From contig CAWCRS010000001.1 in the NCBI GenBank assembly GCA_963798085.1, positions 352,001 through 416,000 of the forward strand: a DNA stretch of 64,000 bases. Reading direction: 5' to 3'. Shown here in pieces: positions 19,647 through 30,046 of this stretch. The notes under the pieces were generated by a model, which worked only from the letters and a program-made list of their open reading frames with translations, did no database searches and was not told the DNA's origin. The position numbers and the translations under genes are program-made. The stretch's first letter is position 1. Each line of letters opens with the position of its first letter. Origin of the DNA: an uncultured Gemmatimonadales bacterium. GTDB lineage: Bacteria; Gemmatimonadota; Gemmatimonadetes; Longimicrobiales; RSA9.

Positions 19647-22330
19647 CAAGTGTGCCGCGCGTGGCGAGCGGGCTGCTCGCCCGCCTGCTGCCGCCTGCGC
19701 TGCGCGAGGATGCGCTGCTCGAGCTGGCCGAGCTGCACGCGCGGCGCGTTTCCCGTGACGGCCGGCGCCGCGCCGACCGCTGGTATCGCCGTCAGATCGT
19801 TCCGTTCGCGCTGCGCGTGTGGTGGGACGTGCTGGCGCACGGGTCGCTCGGTCCGGTTGCACCGCAACGCACACGCTGGCGGAGTGAGCCCATGAGGACG
19901 CTGCTCTCGGATCTGCGCCACGCCCTGCGCTCGCTGCTGCGCGCACCCGGCTTCACGCTCGTTGCGCTGCTCACACTGGCGCTGGGCATTGGTGCTAACA
20001 CAGCGATATTCAGTGTGGTGCACGCGGTGCTGCTGCGGCCGCTGCCCTTCGCGCAGCCGGACCGCCTCGTGAGCCTGTCCGAGACCCGCCTCGATCGCGG
20101 CTGGACGCAGGCGTCGTTCACGCATGCGAACTTCTGGGACGTGCAGGAGCAGAGTCGCACGTTCGACGGCATTGCCGCGTTCCGCGTCAACACCATGAGT
20201 CTGACAGGACGAGACCAGCCTCGCCGGGTCCGCGCGGGACTGGTGTCGGCGAATTTCTTCCAGGTGCTGGGCGTGCGCGCCGTCTCCGGCCGGCTCTTCG
20301 CCAGCCATGAGGATTCGCCAGGCGCGGACACGAAGCTCGTGCTGCTGGGCAACGACTTCTGGCGTACGGAGCTGGGCGCGGACAACGCGATCGTGGGTCG
20401 CCGGCTCACGCTCGACGGAACGGGCTACACGGTGATCGGCGTGCTGCCGGCGGGCGGCTCGTGGCTGGACGAAGCCGACCTGTTCGTGCCCATGGTGCAC
20501 GAGGCCAGTGCCAACCGTGGCAGCTTCGAGCTGGCTGTCATCGGCCGGCTGAAGCCCGCTGTCACCGTGGCGGCCGCCCGTGAAGACCTGGGGCGCATCG
20601 CGCGACAGCTGGCCGCGGCCTTTCCGGACGACGACAGGGGCATGGGCATCGCGCTGGACTCCTCGGCCGACTGGGTGGCCAGCGACTCGCTGCGCCGTGC
20701 GCTGTGGGTGCTCATGGGCGCCGTGGGTCTGCTGCTGCTGATCGCGTGTGTGAATCTTGCAAATCTGCTGTTAGCGCGCGCCACGAACCGGACACGCGAG
20801 CACGCCGTGCGCAGCGCCCTGGGCGCCGGGCGGGGCCGGCTGATGGGCCTGCTGCTGACCGAGTCACTGGTACTGGGCGTGCTGGGCGCCGCCGCCGGCC
20901 TGGGCCTGGCCGCACTCTGCATTCAGCTGCTGCGCCACTACAATCCGGGCGGCATCCCCCGCCTTGCCTACGTCAGCATCGATGGTGTGGTGCTCGCCTT
21001 CTCCGCCTTTGCGGCGCTGCTCACGGCCGCCGTGGCCGGGCTGGGTCCCGCCTGGCGCGGGCCGCACTACTCGGTGGCGACGGCGCTGCGCGAGACGGAG
21101 CGCTCCGTTGCCGGGCACCGCCGCCAGAACCGGCTGCGGGGCCTGCTCGTCGGCGCGGAGGTCGCGCTTTCGCTCATGCTGCTGGTGGGCGCGGGCCTGC
21201 TCATACGCAGCTTCACCCGCCTGCTGCGCGTGGAGCGCGGCTTCGCCACCGAGAACCGCATGGTGATGGAAGTGCCGCTGCCGCCGTTCGACGGTCCCGA
21301 CACACCCGAGGCGGGCCGCGCGTGGGCCGGGCGGGTGACACAGTTCATGAACCAGTACCTGGAGCGCATCCGCGCCATGCCGCAGGTGGCGTCAGCCGCG
21401 GCCGTGAGCTGGCGGCCGCTGAACGGTGTGGGCACGGGCATGGGCTTCGCCGCCGCCGACAAACCGGTTCCCGCGGGCAGCGCCGTGCCCTGGGCCAGCT
21501 GGCGCGACATAACACGCGATTACTTCAGGACCATGGGTGCAGCGATCGTGGCGGGCCGCGATTTCACCGAGCAGGATCTCATCGGCGAGCCCTGGCGCGT
21601 CATTATCAGCCAGCGCCTGGCGCAGACGCTCTGGCCGGGTGAGAACGCCGTGGGTCGCACCATGCTGCTCTGGAAGGGACAGGGCGACAGACCGGCCGAG
21701 GTCATTGGCGTGGCCGCCGACATGCGCGACTGGGGACTGGACGGCGACCGCTCGCTCGCCGTCTACATTCCCTACTACATGGGTGGGTTCTCGCCTGCGC
21801 AGTTCGTGATTCACGCGAACGTGCCGCCTGTCACCCTCATGCCGGCGTTGCGCGCGGCACTGCACGCGCTGCAGCCCGATCTGCCCATCTCGAACGTGCG
21901 CACCTTCGATGACCTCATTGGCGAGTCCGTCGCCTCACGCCGCTTCACCATGCTGCTGCTCGCGGCGCTCGCGGGTCTGGCGCTCGTGCTGGCGCTCGCC
22001 GGCGTCTATGGCGTGCTTTCCTACTCGGTGTCGCGACGCCGCTCCGAGATCGGCATGCGCATCGCCCTGGGCGCCAGCCGCGGCAGTGTGCTGCGCCTCA
22101 TCATCGTGCAGGGTATGCGACCCGTGATCGTCGGACTCTTCATTGGTATTGCGGGTGCCCTGCTGCTCTCCCGCCTCATGACCAGCCTGCTGTTCGGCGT
22201 GACCGCTGTGGATGCGCTGACCTATGGTGGCGTGGCCACACTGCTGCTGCTCTGCGCCGTGCTGTCCTGCTGGGTGCCGGCCCGCAGTGCGCTGCGACTG
22301 GATGTGATCGCTGCGCTGCGCGAGGAGTGA
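19643..22330 (+). CDS. ADOP/MacB-FtsX-type duplicated ABC permease (intact)
   Basis: DLRHALRSL, TLALGIGANTAIFS, LLIACVNLANLLL, RRSEIGMRIALGA. Confidence 0.95.
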   Translation: MTSVPRVASGLLARLLPPALREDALLELAELHARRVSRDGRRRADRWYRRQIVPFALRVWWDVLAHGSLGPVAPQRTRWRSEPMRTLLSDLRHALRSLLRAPGFTLVALLTLALGIGANTAIFSVVHAVLLRPLPFAQPDRLVSLSETRLDRGWTQASFTHANFWDVQEQSRTFDGIAAFRVNTMSLTGRDQPRRVRAGLVSANFFQVLGVRAVSGRLFASHEDSPGADTKLVLLGNDFWRTELGADNAIVGRRLTLDGTGYTVIGVLPAGGSWLDEADLFVPMVHEASANRGSFELAVIGRLKPAVTVAAAREDLGRIARQLAAAFPDDDRGMGIALDSSADWVASDSLRRALWVLMGAVGLLLLIACVNLANLLLARATNRTREHAVRSALGAGRGRLMGLLLTESLVLGVLGAAAGLGLAALCIQLLRHYNPGGIPRLAYVSIDGVVLAFSAFAALLTAAVAGLGPAWRGPHYSVATALRETERSVAGHRRQNRLRGLLVGAEVALSLMLLVGAGLLIRSFTRLLRVERGFATENRMVMEVPLPPFDGPDTPEAGRAWAGRVTQFMNQYLERIRAMPQVASAAAVSWRPLNGVGTGMGFAAADKPVPAGSAVPWASWRDITRDYFRTMGAAIVAGRDFTEQDLIGEPWRVIISQRLAQTLWPGENAVGRTMLLWKGQGDRPAEVIGVAADMRDWGLDGDRSLAVYIPYYMGGFSPAQFVIHANVPPVTLMPALRAALHALQPDLPISNVRTFDDLIGESVASRRFTMLLLAALAGLALVLALAGVYGVLSYSVSRRRSEIGMRIALGASRGSVLRLIIVQGMRPVIVGLFIGIAGALLLSRLMTSLLFGVTAVDALTYGGVATLLLLCAVLSCWVPARSALRLDVIAALREE

Positions 22331-22477
22331 TATGCGGCGATCCGCCAACACAATCCGGGGTTCGCGCGTTCCGTGCATACTTTGCACAGGGAACCGCGTA
22401 CAGGCGAGCGTGCCGCGCGAACGGCGCGCTCGTCGTTGTGCAGCGGAGTCCGGCATCATCCCGCATCGGAGGCGACT

Positions 22478-23218
22478 GTGAGGTTTCTGCGTTCCGCTGG
22501 TTCACTCTGCATCGTGCTCGGCATCGGCTTCACATCCGGCGCCCGCCACGGCGTCACATACGCGCTGCCGGCGGCGGCTTCCGACGCGGCTGCGCTGCAG
22601 TGGTTCGATCCGCCCGTAGCCGGAAGGGCCGCCCGGGCAACCGCGGCCACGGACCGCGTGCGCTTCGTGGTCGCGCCCGATGGCAATGAGGCGAAGTACA
22701 TCGTGCGCGAGCAGCTGGCCAACCGCGACCTGCCCAATGACGCCATCGGCAGGACGGCCGCCATCACGGGCGCACTCCTGCTCGATGCCGGCGGGAACAT
22801 TGTGAAGGACAGCTCGCACTTCGAAGTCGACCTGACCACACTGCAGAGCGATCAGCAGCGGCGCGACCGCTTCATTCAACGCAATACGCTGGAGACCGCG
22901 CAGTACCCCAACGCCCTGTTTGTGCCCGCGTCCTTCCGCAATCTGCCTGCGCCGCTCCCCGCATCAGGCGAGGCCAGTGGACAGCTGCTGGGCGACCTCA
23001 CGGTGCACGGTGTGACCCGGCCGGCCACCTGGAACGTGAGCGTGCACGCCGCCGCCGATGGCTACACAGGCACGGCCATCACGAGCTTCGTCTTCGGCGA
23101 CTTCAACATGACGCAGCCGCGTCTTGCCTTGCTGCTCAGCGTCAAGGACACGATCCGCCTCGAGTACGACTTCCATCTGGTTCGGGAGACGGCATCGAAA
23201 CAGTCTGTGAACGAATGA
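22478..23218 (+). CDS. YceI family protein
   Basis: GGAGG with GTG start; LQSDQQRRD, LETAQYPNA.F, GDLTVHGVT. Confidence 0.85.
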   Translation: MRFLRSAGSLCIVLGIGFTSGARHGVTYALPAAASDAAALQWFDPPVAGRAARATAATDRVRFVVAPDGNEAKYIVREQLANRDLPNDAIGRTAAITGALLLDAGGNIVKDSSHFEVDLTTLQSDQQRRDRFIQRNTLETAQYPNALFVPASFRNLPAPLPASGEASGQLLGDLTVHGVTRPATWNVSVHAAADGYTGTAITSFVFGDFNMTQPRLALLLSVKDTIRLEYDFHLVRETASKQSVNE

Positions 23219-23255
23219 CTCTCGGGCTGGGGCTGGGAACCGACCCAGTACCGTC

Positions 23256-23513
23256 CGGGGCGGCCCCTTGTCGCGGTGAAAGGCCCGCCGCCTCCGGGCG
23301 TCGGGCTCGCTGTGAAGGCGGGGCGGCCCCTTGTCGCGGTGAAAGGCCCGCCGCCTCCGGGCGTCGGGCTCGCTGTGAAGGCGGGGCGGCCCCTTGTCGC
23401 GGTGAAAGGCCCGCCGCCTCCGGGCGTCGGGCTCGCTGTGAAGGCGGGGCGGCCCCTTGTCGCGGTGAAAGGCCCGCCGCCTCCGGGCGTCGGGCTCGCT
23501 GTGAAGGCGGGGC
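23256..23513. repeat. Tandem repeat, 4 identical 63-bp units each with an internal hairpin
   Basis: Unit GGGGCGGCCCCTTGTCGCGGTGAAAGGCCCGCCGCCTCCGGGCGTCGGGCTCGCTGTGAAGGC starts at 23257, 23320, 23383, 23446. Confidence 0.95.
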
Positions 23514-24088
23514 TAATGCCATTTCACGCCGAACCCGACCTGCACGAGGTTGCCCGAGATGTCCTCGCCGGTGGGCACGGTGTGTCCATTGATCCTGACC
23601 TCTACTGCGGATGAGGCGAGTGCATTGAAGAATGGCGTGATCGAGAAGTTGCGTGCGACGCGGATGTCGTAGCCCAGGCCGAACGAGCCGCTCGGCGCCT
23701 TCGCCGTCAGATCGTTGCCGAAGTCATCCTGCGCAGTGTAGGTCATCCCGCCAATGCCGAACTTGAAGAAGAATGCGCCGGTTGCACTCGGGTACCAGAG
23801 CATGACGAATGAGCCGAAGCCCATCGACTCATCGATTCCGTTCTCGCGCTTGCCCCAGCCGTTGAGTTCGCCGCCCAGCTGAATGTGCCGCGACACGGTG
23901 CCGCCCATCTGCAGGTGACCGGACGCGCCGGACGTGCGATCGGTCGAGCAGTCATGGCAGTCTGCGCCGATCGAGCCGCCCCCGAGACCGAAGCCGATCC
24001 AGAATCCTTCCCGTGTGTTAGGGTGTGACTGCGCCTTCAGCGAACCCGCCAGCAGCAGCAGAGTCATGCAGCAGACGACACTTCGCAT
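23513..24088 (-). CDS. Outer-membrane beta-barrel protein
   Basis: GGGAGG RBS; signal peptide; alternating beta strands; C-terminal VQVGFGVKWH. Confidence 0.8.
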   Translation of the reverse strand: MRSVVCCMTLLLLAGSLKAQSHPNTREGFWIGFGLGGGSIGADCHDCSTDRTSGASGHLQMGGTVSRHIQLGGELNGWGKRENGIDESMGFGSFVMLWYPSATGAFFFKFGIGGMTYTAQDDFGNDLTAKAPSGSFGLGYDIRVARNFSITPFFNALASSAVEVRINGHTVPTGEDISGNLVQVGFGVKWH

Positions 24089-24152
24089 TTCCGTCCTCCC
24101 GTGAGTGTTGGCTCCCGGCCGCGCGCTCTGTGCAGGTTCCGCGCCGCAAATG

Positions 24153-25829
24153 TCAGGAGCCGCCGGTCGCACGCGTGGACGCGGGTCGGACGGTGGGATA
24201 GGTGATGCCCAGCTGTTCGAGGTAGGTGCCGTACCGGGTCTCGTCGAAGTAGAACTTGCGCATCTCGGGGCGGAAGCGATCCATGGTTTCCTTGTTCAGC
24301 CAGATCGCCGGCGGATCATCCTTCGTGATGAACGGGATGTATTTCTGCTCTTTCGTCTGCACGTTGCTGAAATAGTCCTTCGCGTCGCGGACCAGCTGCG
24401 GCTTCGCGAAGATCTCGAGCGCCGTGGCGGCCATGACCTCGGCGCCCGCGGTCGCACCCTTGTGGGCGATCGGAGTGGCCATGGAGATGGCGTTCGACCA
24501 GTTGTGTCCCGGCAGGTGCGGGATGTTCGAGGGGAAACGCAGTGTTACCGTGGGCACGGTCCAGGATATGTCGCCAATGTCATCGGAACCGCCGCTCTGC
24601 GGCTCTGCGGGCGGCGCGCCCAGGGGCGCGAGCTTCAGCGCCAGACCGGTCGTGTCACCGGCCACTTCACGCTGCACGGCTCTGGCCAGGGTCTGGTCCG
24701 CTTCTGTCCACGTGGGCAGACCCACCTGCCTGATGTGCTCGTACATGGCTTCGGCGATGGGCTTGCTGAAGTGCCGCGGCCATGCCGTGCCCAGGATGCG
24801 TGACGACACCTTCGTGTCCGTCATCAGCGCGGCACCGTCCGCCATCTTCTTCCCCAGCTCGTAATTGTGCTTGATGTTCTCGTAGTCCATCTCGCGGAAG
24901 TAATACCAGACACTGGCCCTCGATGGCACCACGTTGGGCTGGTCGCCACCATCGGGAATCACGTAGTGCGAGCGCTGCAGCGGACGCAGATGTTCGCGAC
25001 GGAAATTCCAGCCCACATCCATCAGTTCGACTGCGTCCAGTGCGCTGCGGCCCCGCCATGGCGCACCCGCCGCGTGCGCGGACTCGCCTTCGAACGTGAA
25101 TTCCGCGGAGACCAGACCCGTGCCGTCGCCACCACCCCACGAAACCTGCAGATTGTCACCGACATGCGTGAACAGCACGATGTCGACGTTGTTGAACAGA
25201 CCATCGCGCACGTACCACGCCTTGGTGCCGACGAGTTCTTCCGCGACGCCGGGCCAGAGCACGAGCGTGCCCGGCAGCTTCTCCCGCTCCATGATCTTCT
25301 TGAGCGCGAGCGCTGCGGTGATGTTCACGGCCTGCCCCGAATTGTGGCCCTCGCCGTGACCGGGCGCGCCCTCGATCAGCGGATCGTGCCAGGCGACACC
25401 GGGCTTCTGACTCGCCTTCGGAATGCAATCGATGTCACTGCCGAACGCGATCACCGGCCCGCCCGAGCCCCACGTGGCCCACCACGCCGTGGGAATGCCC
25501 GAAATGCCTTCCTTCACGTCGAAGCCGTTGGCGCGCAGAATGCCCGTGATGTATTTCGACGTTTCGAATTCCTGGAATCCCAGCTCGCCGAAGCTGAAGA
25601 TCTTGTCCACCATGACCTGCGTCTGCTTCGCCATGGCCTGCACTTCGGCCTTCAGCTCGTCATCCAGCTTCTGCAGCTGCCTGTCCGAGAGCAGCGGCTT
25701 GAGCGCGGCGGCATTGCCGGCCGGCTTCTGCGCGCGCAGCGGACCCGCCGCCAGCAGCAGAGCCATACTCAGGACGAGCGTGCCGCTCGAGCGGACCCGC
25801 CGGGCGGGATGCGTTCCTCTGCTGATCAT
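24153..25829 (-). CDS. Secreted M20-family amidohydrolase (AbgB-like)
   Basis: ELGFQEF, GHGEGHN, GVAEE, SAHAAGAPWRGRSALDA, GGDQPNVVP, GGSDDIGDISW. Confidence 0.92.
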   Translation of the reverse strand: MISRGTHPARRVRSSGTLVLSMALLLAAGPLRAQKPAGNAAALKPLLSDRQLQKLDDELKAEVQAMAKQTQVMVDKIFSFGELGFQEFETSKYITGILRANGFDVKEGISGIPTAWWATWGSGGPVIAFGSDIDCIPKASQKPGVAWHDPLIEGAPGHGEGHNSGQAVNITAALALKKIMEREKLPGTLVLWPGVAEELVGTKAWYVRDGLFNNVDIVLFTHVGDNLQVSWGGGDGTGLVSAEFTFEGESAHAAGAPWRGRSALDAVELMDVGWNFRREHLRPLQRSHYVIPDGGDQPNVVPSRASVWYYFREMDYENIKHNYELGKKMADGAALMTDTKVSSRILGTAWPRHFSKPIAEAMYEHIRQVGLPTWTEADQTLARAVQREVAGDTTGLALKLAPLGAPPAEPQSGGSDDIGDISWTVPTVTLRFPSNIPHLPGHNWSNAISMATPIAHKGATAGAEVMAATALEIFAKPQLVRDAKDYFSNVQTKEQKYIPFITKDDPPAIWLNKETMDRFRPEMRKFYFDETRYGTYLEQLGITYPTVRPASTRATGGS

Positions 25830-26045
25830 GTTTCGTTCCGGTCAGTGGTGAAACGGTCTGGTAACCCTTCGTTACGGCGCGCGCGTGAGGGGCGGCCCCG
25901 GCGCCGGCGCCCGGCTGCGGCGTGCCGATCGAGCAGCGCGTGAGACGCTCGCGTGGCGGCGGTGGTCAGGCCCACGCGGCGCGTGTCCCGTGCGTCGCAA
26001 CGCGTCCGCCCGACCGACTCTGGGCCAAACGCTCGGTTAGCAACG

Positions 26046-26435
26046 CTATCGGCCCGCCGGATGCGGGGCGCCCGCCGGATTGTCCAGTGCGACCCGCCAG
26101 CTGCCGTCCGGCTGGCGCCGCGCCACCTGGGTCGGCTGAATCTCGACGGTGCTCCGCTCGCCACCGGGCAACCGGCTTTCCAGACGCCAGCGCGAGTACA
26201 GCAGCGCGACTTCGCCGTTCGTGATCACCTGGCTGGCCAGCAGCGTGAACACCGGCTCGGTCGCCATGAATCCCGCCAGCGAATCGCGGATCGCATCCTG
26301 TCCGTGCAGCGTGCGGCCAGGCTGCGACACCAGCACCGCCTCCGTCTCATAGAGAGACGCCACCCGCGCGGCGTCGCGTGTCTTCATGGCGTCTGCGAAC
26401 GCCGCATGGATGTCTTCAGGCCGTCTCGGCACCAT
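26046..26435 (-). CDS. SnoaL/NTF2-like (YybH/DUF4440) protein
   Basis: LYETEAV, GQDAIR, VARRQPDGSWRVALDNP. Confidence 0.85.
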   Translation of the reverse strand: MVPRRPEDIHAAFADAMKTRDAARVASLYETEAVLVSQPGRTLHGQDAIRDSLAGFMATEPVFTLLASQVITNGEVALLYSRWRLESRLPGGERSTVEIQPTQVARRQPDGSWRVALDNPAGAPHPAGR

Positions 26436-26550
26436 GAGCCACCTCGCATGACCGCGGAATGGCAGGCAATGTAGGCACTGCGCCCGGATCGCGCAGGACT
26501 GCGCTGGCGCACCTGCTCCACGCGCGGTCTACACGGGCGTCGCCGCTCCA

Positions 26551-26702
26551 GTTGCTCCCGTTGCTGCTGTTGCCCGTTTGCTGCTGTTGCCCGTTTGCTC
26601 CTGTTGCTCCTGTTGCTCCTGTTGCTCCCGTTGCTCCCGTTGTGCTGTTGCCCGTTTGCTCCTGTTGCGCCCGTTTGCCGCTCTTGCTGCTGTTGTTGCT
26701 GT
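26551..26702. repeat. Low-complexity 9-bp minisatellite (GTTGCTCCT / GTTGCTCCC units)
   Basis: Direct inspection; produces spurious Q/G-rich ORFs. Confidence 0.8.
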
Positions 26703-26852
26703 GGCCGCTGCGGCGGCTGCTGTGCGGTGTGGAAGCGGTGGGAGCGGGTCCGGTGATCCCGCGTCGGCGATCCGGCCCCGCTGCCCGTGCCGCTTCGTGC
26801 GGTCCGGGGGCGTTCGGCTGCGGCTGTGAAGGCGTACACGCCGACGCGTGAC

Positions 26853-27326
26853 TCAGCCGCCCGGCCGGCGAGGCCGTTGGCGGGCGGAAACAGACTTGAT
26901 GATCAGGCGCCGACCCCGCCGCGGATCCCATGGCGCGCCCGATTGCTCCAGCGCCACGCGGATCAGCGTCTGGACCGCCGGATCCTCGAGAACCGCGGGT
27001 GTCTCCAACACGATATTGCGGACCAGGCGGCCCGTGCCCTTGAGACGCTGCTCCGGATCCGGCAGCGACGCACCCTTCAGAAAGAACAGACTCACCCAGC
27101 GTGGATACAGTGCAATGGACATCACCGCGTCCGACGCACGATCCGTCGGACCGAAGCCGATGACCAGCGCATTGTAGTTGTCGTAGACCATTTCGACGGC
27201 GCCCGAGACCAGCATGCGCATGCGCCCGAGCACCTGCTCGGCGAGGCGCATGATCGCTGGATCGTACTTCGCCATGAAATCGGCGAGGCGCTCTTCCGCT
27301 GAGGCTTCCGGCCTCGCACCGCTCAT
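26853..27326 (-). CDS. DUF1801 domain protein
   Basis: EMVYDNYNALVIGF, YPRWVSLFF..GASLPDP...LKGTG..VRNI. Confidence 0.85.
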   Translation of the reverse strand: MSGARPEASAEERLADFMAKYDPAIMRLAEQVLGRMRMLVSGAVEMVYDNYNALVIGFGPTDRASDAVMSIALYPRWVSLFFLKGASLPDPEQRLKGTGRLVRNIVLETPAVLEDPAVQTLIRVALEQSGAPWDPRRGRRLIIKSVSARQRPRRPGG

Positions 27327-27679
27327 GAATCTGCCGTCGCCTCGCGCGGCGTTTCCGACGAACGTCGTTCTCCGCTGCGCCACAGCAGCACGACGGGCAA
27401 CGCGAAGGCAATGCTGCCCACCAGCGAAAGCACGACGAACCAGCCCCAGGAACGCTCGCTGACGCCCCACTTCTGCAGCAGGTAGCCGAGCAGCACCGCC
27501 AGCACGAGCGCTTCGCCGATGAAGGCGGCGGCGATCGGGTTGGACAGTGCCGCCTGCAATGCATCGGGCCGGATGATTGCGCCGTAGAGGAACACACCGT
27601 TGATCACCACGAACCCGAGCACGGCAATGGCACCCAGCCAGAACCGCTCCCACCCCGAGTACTCGACGCCACGTTGCAT
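27323..27679 (-). CDS. Small 3-TM membrane protein (DUF2834-like)
   Basis: GGGAGG RBS; three hydrophobic segments; SLVGSIAFALPVVLL. Confidence 0.65.
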   Translation of the reverse strand: MQRGVEYSGWERFWLGAIAVLGFVVINGVFLYGAIIRPDALQAALSNPIAAAFIGEALVLAVLLGYLLQKWGVSERSWGWFVVLSLVGSIAFALPVVLLWRSGERRSSETPREATADS

Positions 27680-27853
27680 GCGCGCTCTCCTCCCAGTGGT
27701 TGCCAGGCTGACGCGCCAAGATACCCCTTGTCCGGCCGCGCAGTACAACTGATTTCGACAACCACGCCTGAGCGCATCCCAAAGCGCTATTCCCCCGAGC
27801 CCGACTGGCCATGCGCCGCAGCCGGCGCGCGGTGAGGGCGGCCGTGCACCTTG

Positions 27854-28039
27854 TCGGACCACCTTGGCGTTCTTGGCTTATGCGCCATCCCGACATGGTG
27901 CCCGGCGACCGGACCGCCGAACCCCGGCCAGGGCATGGCTGCAAAGGGCCGGGCACCGTCTGGGCGAGCCGACCGCATGGCCAGTGCGGCACGGGCCATG
28001 TCGGATCAGGCCGAACCCACGAACGCCAAGACGGTCCGA
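27854..28039. mobile_element. MITE-like element, copy 2
   Basis: TCGGACCACCTTGGCGTTC / GAACGCCAAGACGGTCCGA (17/19 inverted match); same termini as 9666-9799. Confidence 0.5.
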
Positions 28040-28055
28040 AACGATATATCGCTCG

Positions 28056-28092
28056 AATTAGGCTTGACTATTTCTGAATATAGGCGAAACTA
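28056..28092 (+). promoter_or_regulatory. mntH promoter with probable MntR/DtxR operator
   Basis: AT-rich imperfect palindrome AATTAGGCTTGACTATTT overlapping TTGACT (-35 like); second half-site TATAGGCGAAACTA. Confidence 0.6.
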
Positions 28093-28220
28093 CGTCGGCG
28101 CCGAAACGAACCGATGAGCGGAAGGACGCTACCGGCGGGTCGAGTTCGCGCGTGAGGCGGCGGGCCCCCGGGGCTGCGCCCGGCTAGCACAACGTTAGGG
28201 GAGAGCGGAGAGCAGCCATC

Positions 28221-29603
28221 GTGTTGTGGCGGACAAAGGACGCGGCGGGGGTGGAGCCGCTGCAGGGTACGGAAGCGCCGGATGGGCCCTGGCTGCGGGC
28301 CCGCACCGCGCCCAGCCTGGCGGAGGCCTACCGTACCGTACCGCTGCGCAGTGGCGCGTGGTGGCGCAAGCTGCTCGCCTATGCGGGACCGGGCTATCTG
28401 GTGGCGGTGGGCTACATGGACCCGGGCAACTGGGCCACCAGCCTGGCCGGCGGTTCCGCCTTCGGCTACACGCTGCTCAGCGTCGTCATGCTGTCCAACC
28501 TGATGGCGATCCTGCTGCAGGGACTCGCTTCCAAGCTGGGCATCGTCACCGGCCGCGACCTGGCGCAGGCGGTGCGCGACAGCTACTCGCGGCCGGCCGT
28601 GCTCATGCACTGGGTCCTGTGCGAGATCGCCATCGCGGCGTGCGACCTGGCGGAGGTGATCGGCTCCGCCATAGCGCTGAATCTGCTGTTCGGCATCCCG
28701 CTGGCGTGGGGCGTGGCCATTACGGCGCTGGATGTGCTGGTGGTGCTCGTGCTGCAGCACCGCGGCTTTCGCTATCTCGAGGCCGTGGTGATCACACTGA
28801 TTGCGACGATCTCCATCTGCTTCATGTTCGAGATCTTCATCTCGAAGCCCAGCGTGCCGGGCATGCTCGAAGGCTTCATTCCCACGGCCGAGATCGTGCG
28901 CAACCGCCAAATGCTCTACATTGCCATCGGCATCCTGGGGGCCACCGTGATGCCGCACAATCTGTATCTGCACTCGTCCATCGTGCAGACGCGGCAGTAT
29001 GAGGAAACCACGGCGGGCAGGCGCGAGGCGGTGCGCTTTGCCTTCGCCGATTCCACGATCGCGCTGATGGGGGCACTGTTCATCAACGGCGCGATTCTGG
29101 TCGTGGCAGCGGCGACGTTCCATGTGCGCGGTCAGACGGACGTGGCGGAGATCCAGGATGCGTACCGGCTGCTCACGCCGCTGCTGGGTGTGGCCGGCGC
29201 TAGCACTGTGTTTGCCCTGGCGCTGCTGGCCTCCGGCCAGAACTCGACGCTGACCGGTACGCTGGCCGGACAGATCACCATGGAGGGCTTTCTCGACATC
29301 CGCCTGCGGCCCTGGGTGCGGCGGCTGATCACGCGGGCGCTGGCCATCATTCCCGCGGCCATCGTGGCGGTGGCGTACGGCGAGCGCGGCACGGCGCAGC
29401 TGCTGATCCTGAGTCAGGTGATACTGAGCCTGCAGCTTTCCTTCGCCGTGTTTCCGCTGGTGATTTTCACATCGGACCGGCGGCGCATGGGCGAGTTCGT
29501 GAATGCGCGCTGGCTCAAGCTGCTGGCCTGGTCGGTCGCGTACCTGATAGCCGCACTGAACGTGTGGCTGCTGCTGCAAACGATCGGGAGCCTGTTCGCG
29601 TGA
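28221..29603 (+). CDS. mntH: Nramp family divalent metal (Mn2+) transporter
   Basis: [43 protein letters not shown]. Confidence 0.97.
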   Translation: MLWRTKDAAGVEPLQGTEAPDGPWLRARTAPSLAEAYRTVPLRSGAWWRKLLAYAGPGYLVAVGYMDPGNWATSLAGGSAFGYTLLSVVMLSNLMAILLQGLASKLGIVTGRDLAQAVRDSYSRPAVLMHWVLCEIAIAACDLAEVIGSAIALNLLFGIPLAWGVAITALDVLVVLVLQHRGFRYLEAVVITLIATISICFMFEIFISKPSVPGMLEGFIPTAEIVRNRQMLYIAIGILGATVMPHNLYLHSSIVQTRQYEETTAGRREAVRFAFADSTIALMGALFINGAILVVAAATFHVRGQTDVAEIQDAYRLLTPLLGVAGASTVFALALLASGQNSTLTGTLAGQITMEGFLDIRLRPWVRRLITRALAIIPAAIVAVAYGERGTAQLLILSQVILSLQLSFAVFPLVIFTSDRRRMGEFVNARWLKLLAWSVAYLIAALNVWLLLQTIGSLFA

Positions 29604-30046
29604 CGGTCTGCAATCGCATTCTGGTGGCGCTGGAGAACAGCCCGTACGACACGGCCATCCTCGAGTACATCAGGCCGTTCGCGCGGCTGTGTGGCGCCAG
29701 CCTCGTGCTGATTCATGTAGCAGACGGTTATGCGGCGCGGCACGTGCGCGATCTGAAGCTGCGGGAGAGTGAAGAGATCCGGCAGGACCGCGCCTATCTC
29801 GATCGCGTGGCCGCGCAGCTGGGCGAGGAAGGCTTCAGCGTGGAGGCCGTGCTGGCGGGCGGTGATCCCGCCACCGAGATCGCGACGGCGGCCGATCGCG
29901 AGCACTGCGACCTGATCGCCATGTCCACGCACGGCCATCGCTTCCTCAAGGACATCCTGTTCGGCAGTGTCGCCGAAGCGGTGCGCCATCGCTCGCGCAC
30001 GCCGGTACTGCTGGTGCGCGGCAGTGCGCAGCCGCCGCTGCCGTGA
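29600..30046 (+). CDS. Universal stress protein
   Basis: [19 protein letters not shown]...[10 protein letters not shown]...PVLLVR; GTGA overlap with mntH stop. Confidence 0.92.
   Translation: MTVCNRILVALENSPYDTAILEYIRPFARLCGASLVLIHVADGYAARHVRDLKLRESEEIRQDRAYLDRVAAQLGEEGFSVEAVLAGGDPATEIATAADREHCDLIAMSTHGHRFLKDILFGSVAEAVRHRSRTPVLLVRGSAQPPLP

Noticed and set aside
23256..23513. CRISPR array or 21-aa repeat protein
   Set aside because: Units are identical and contiguous with no spacers or cas genes; the ORFs on both strands are by-products of a 63-bp (3n) period.
26384..26851. Q/G-rich ORFs over the minisatellite
   Set aside because: Translation of a 9-bp repeat with no RBS or domain.
28195..28220. 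yybP-ykoY Mn riboswitch (TAGGGGAGAGC)
   Set aside because: It lies immediately before the start codon with no room for the four-way junction; better explained as the RBS region.
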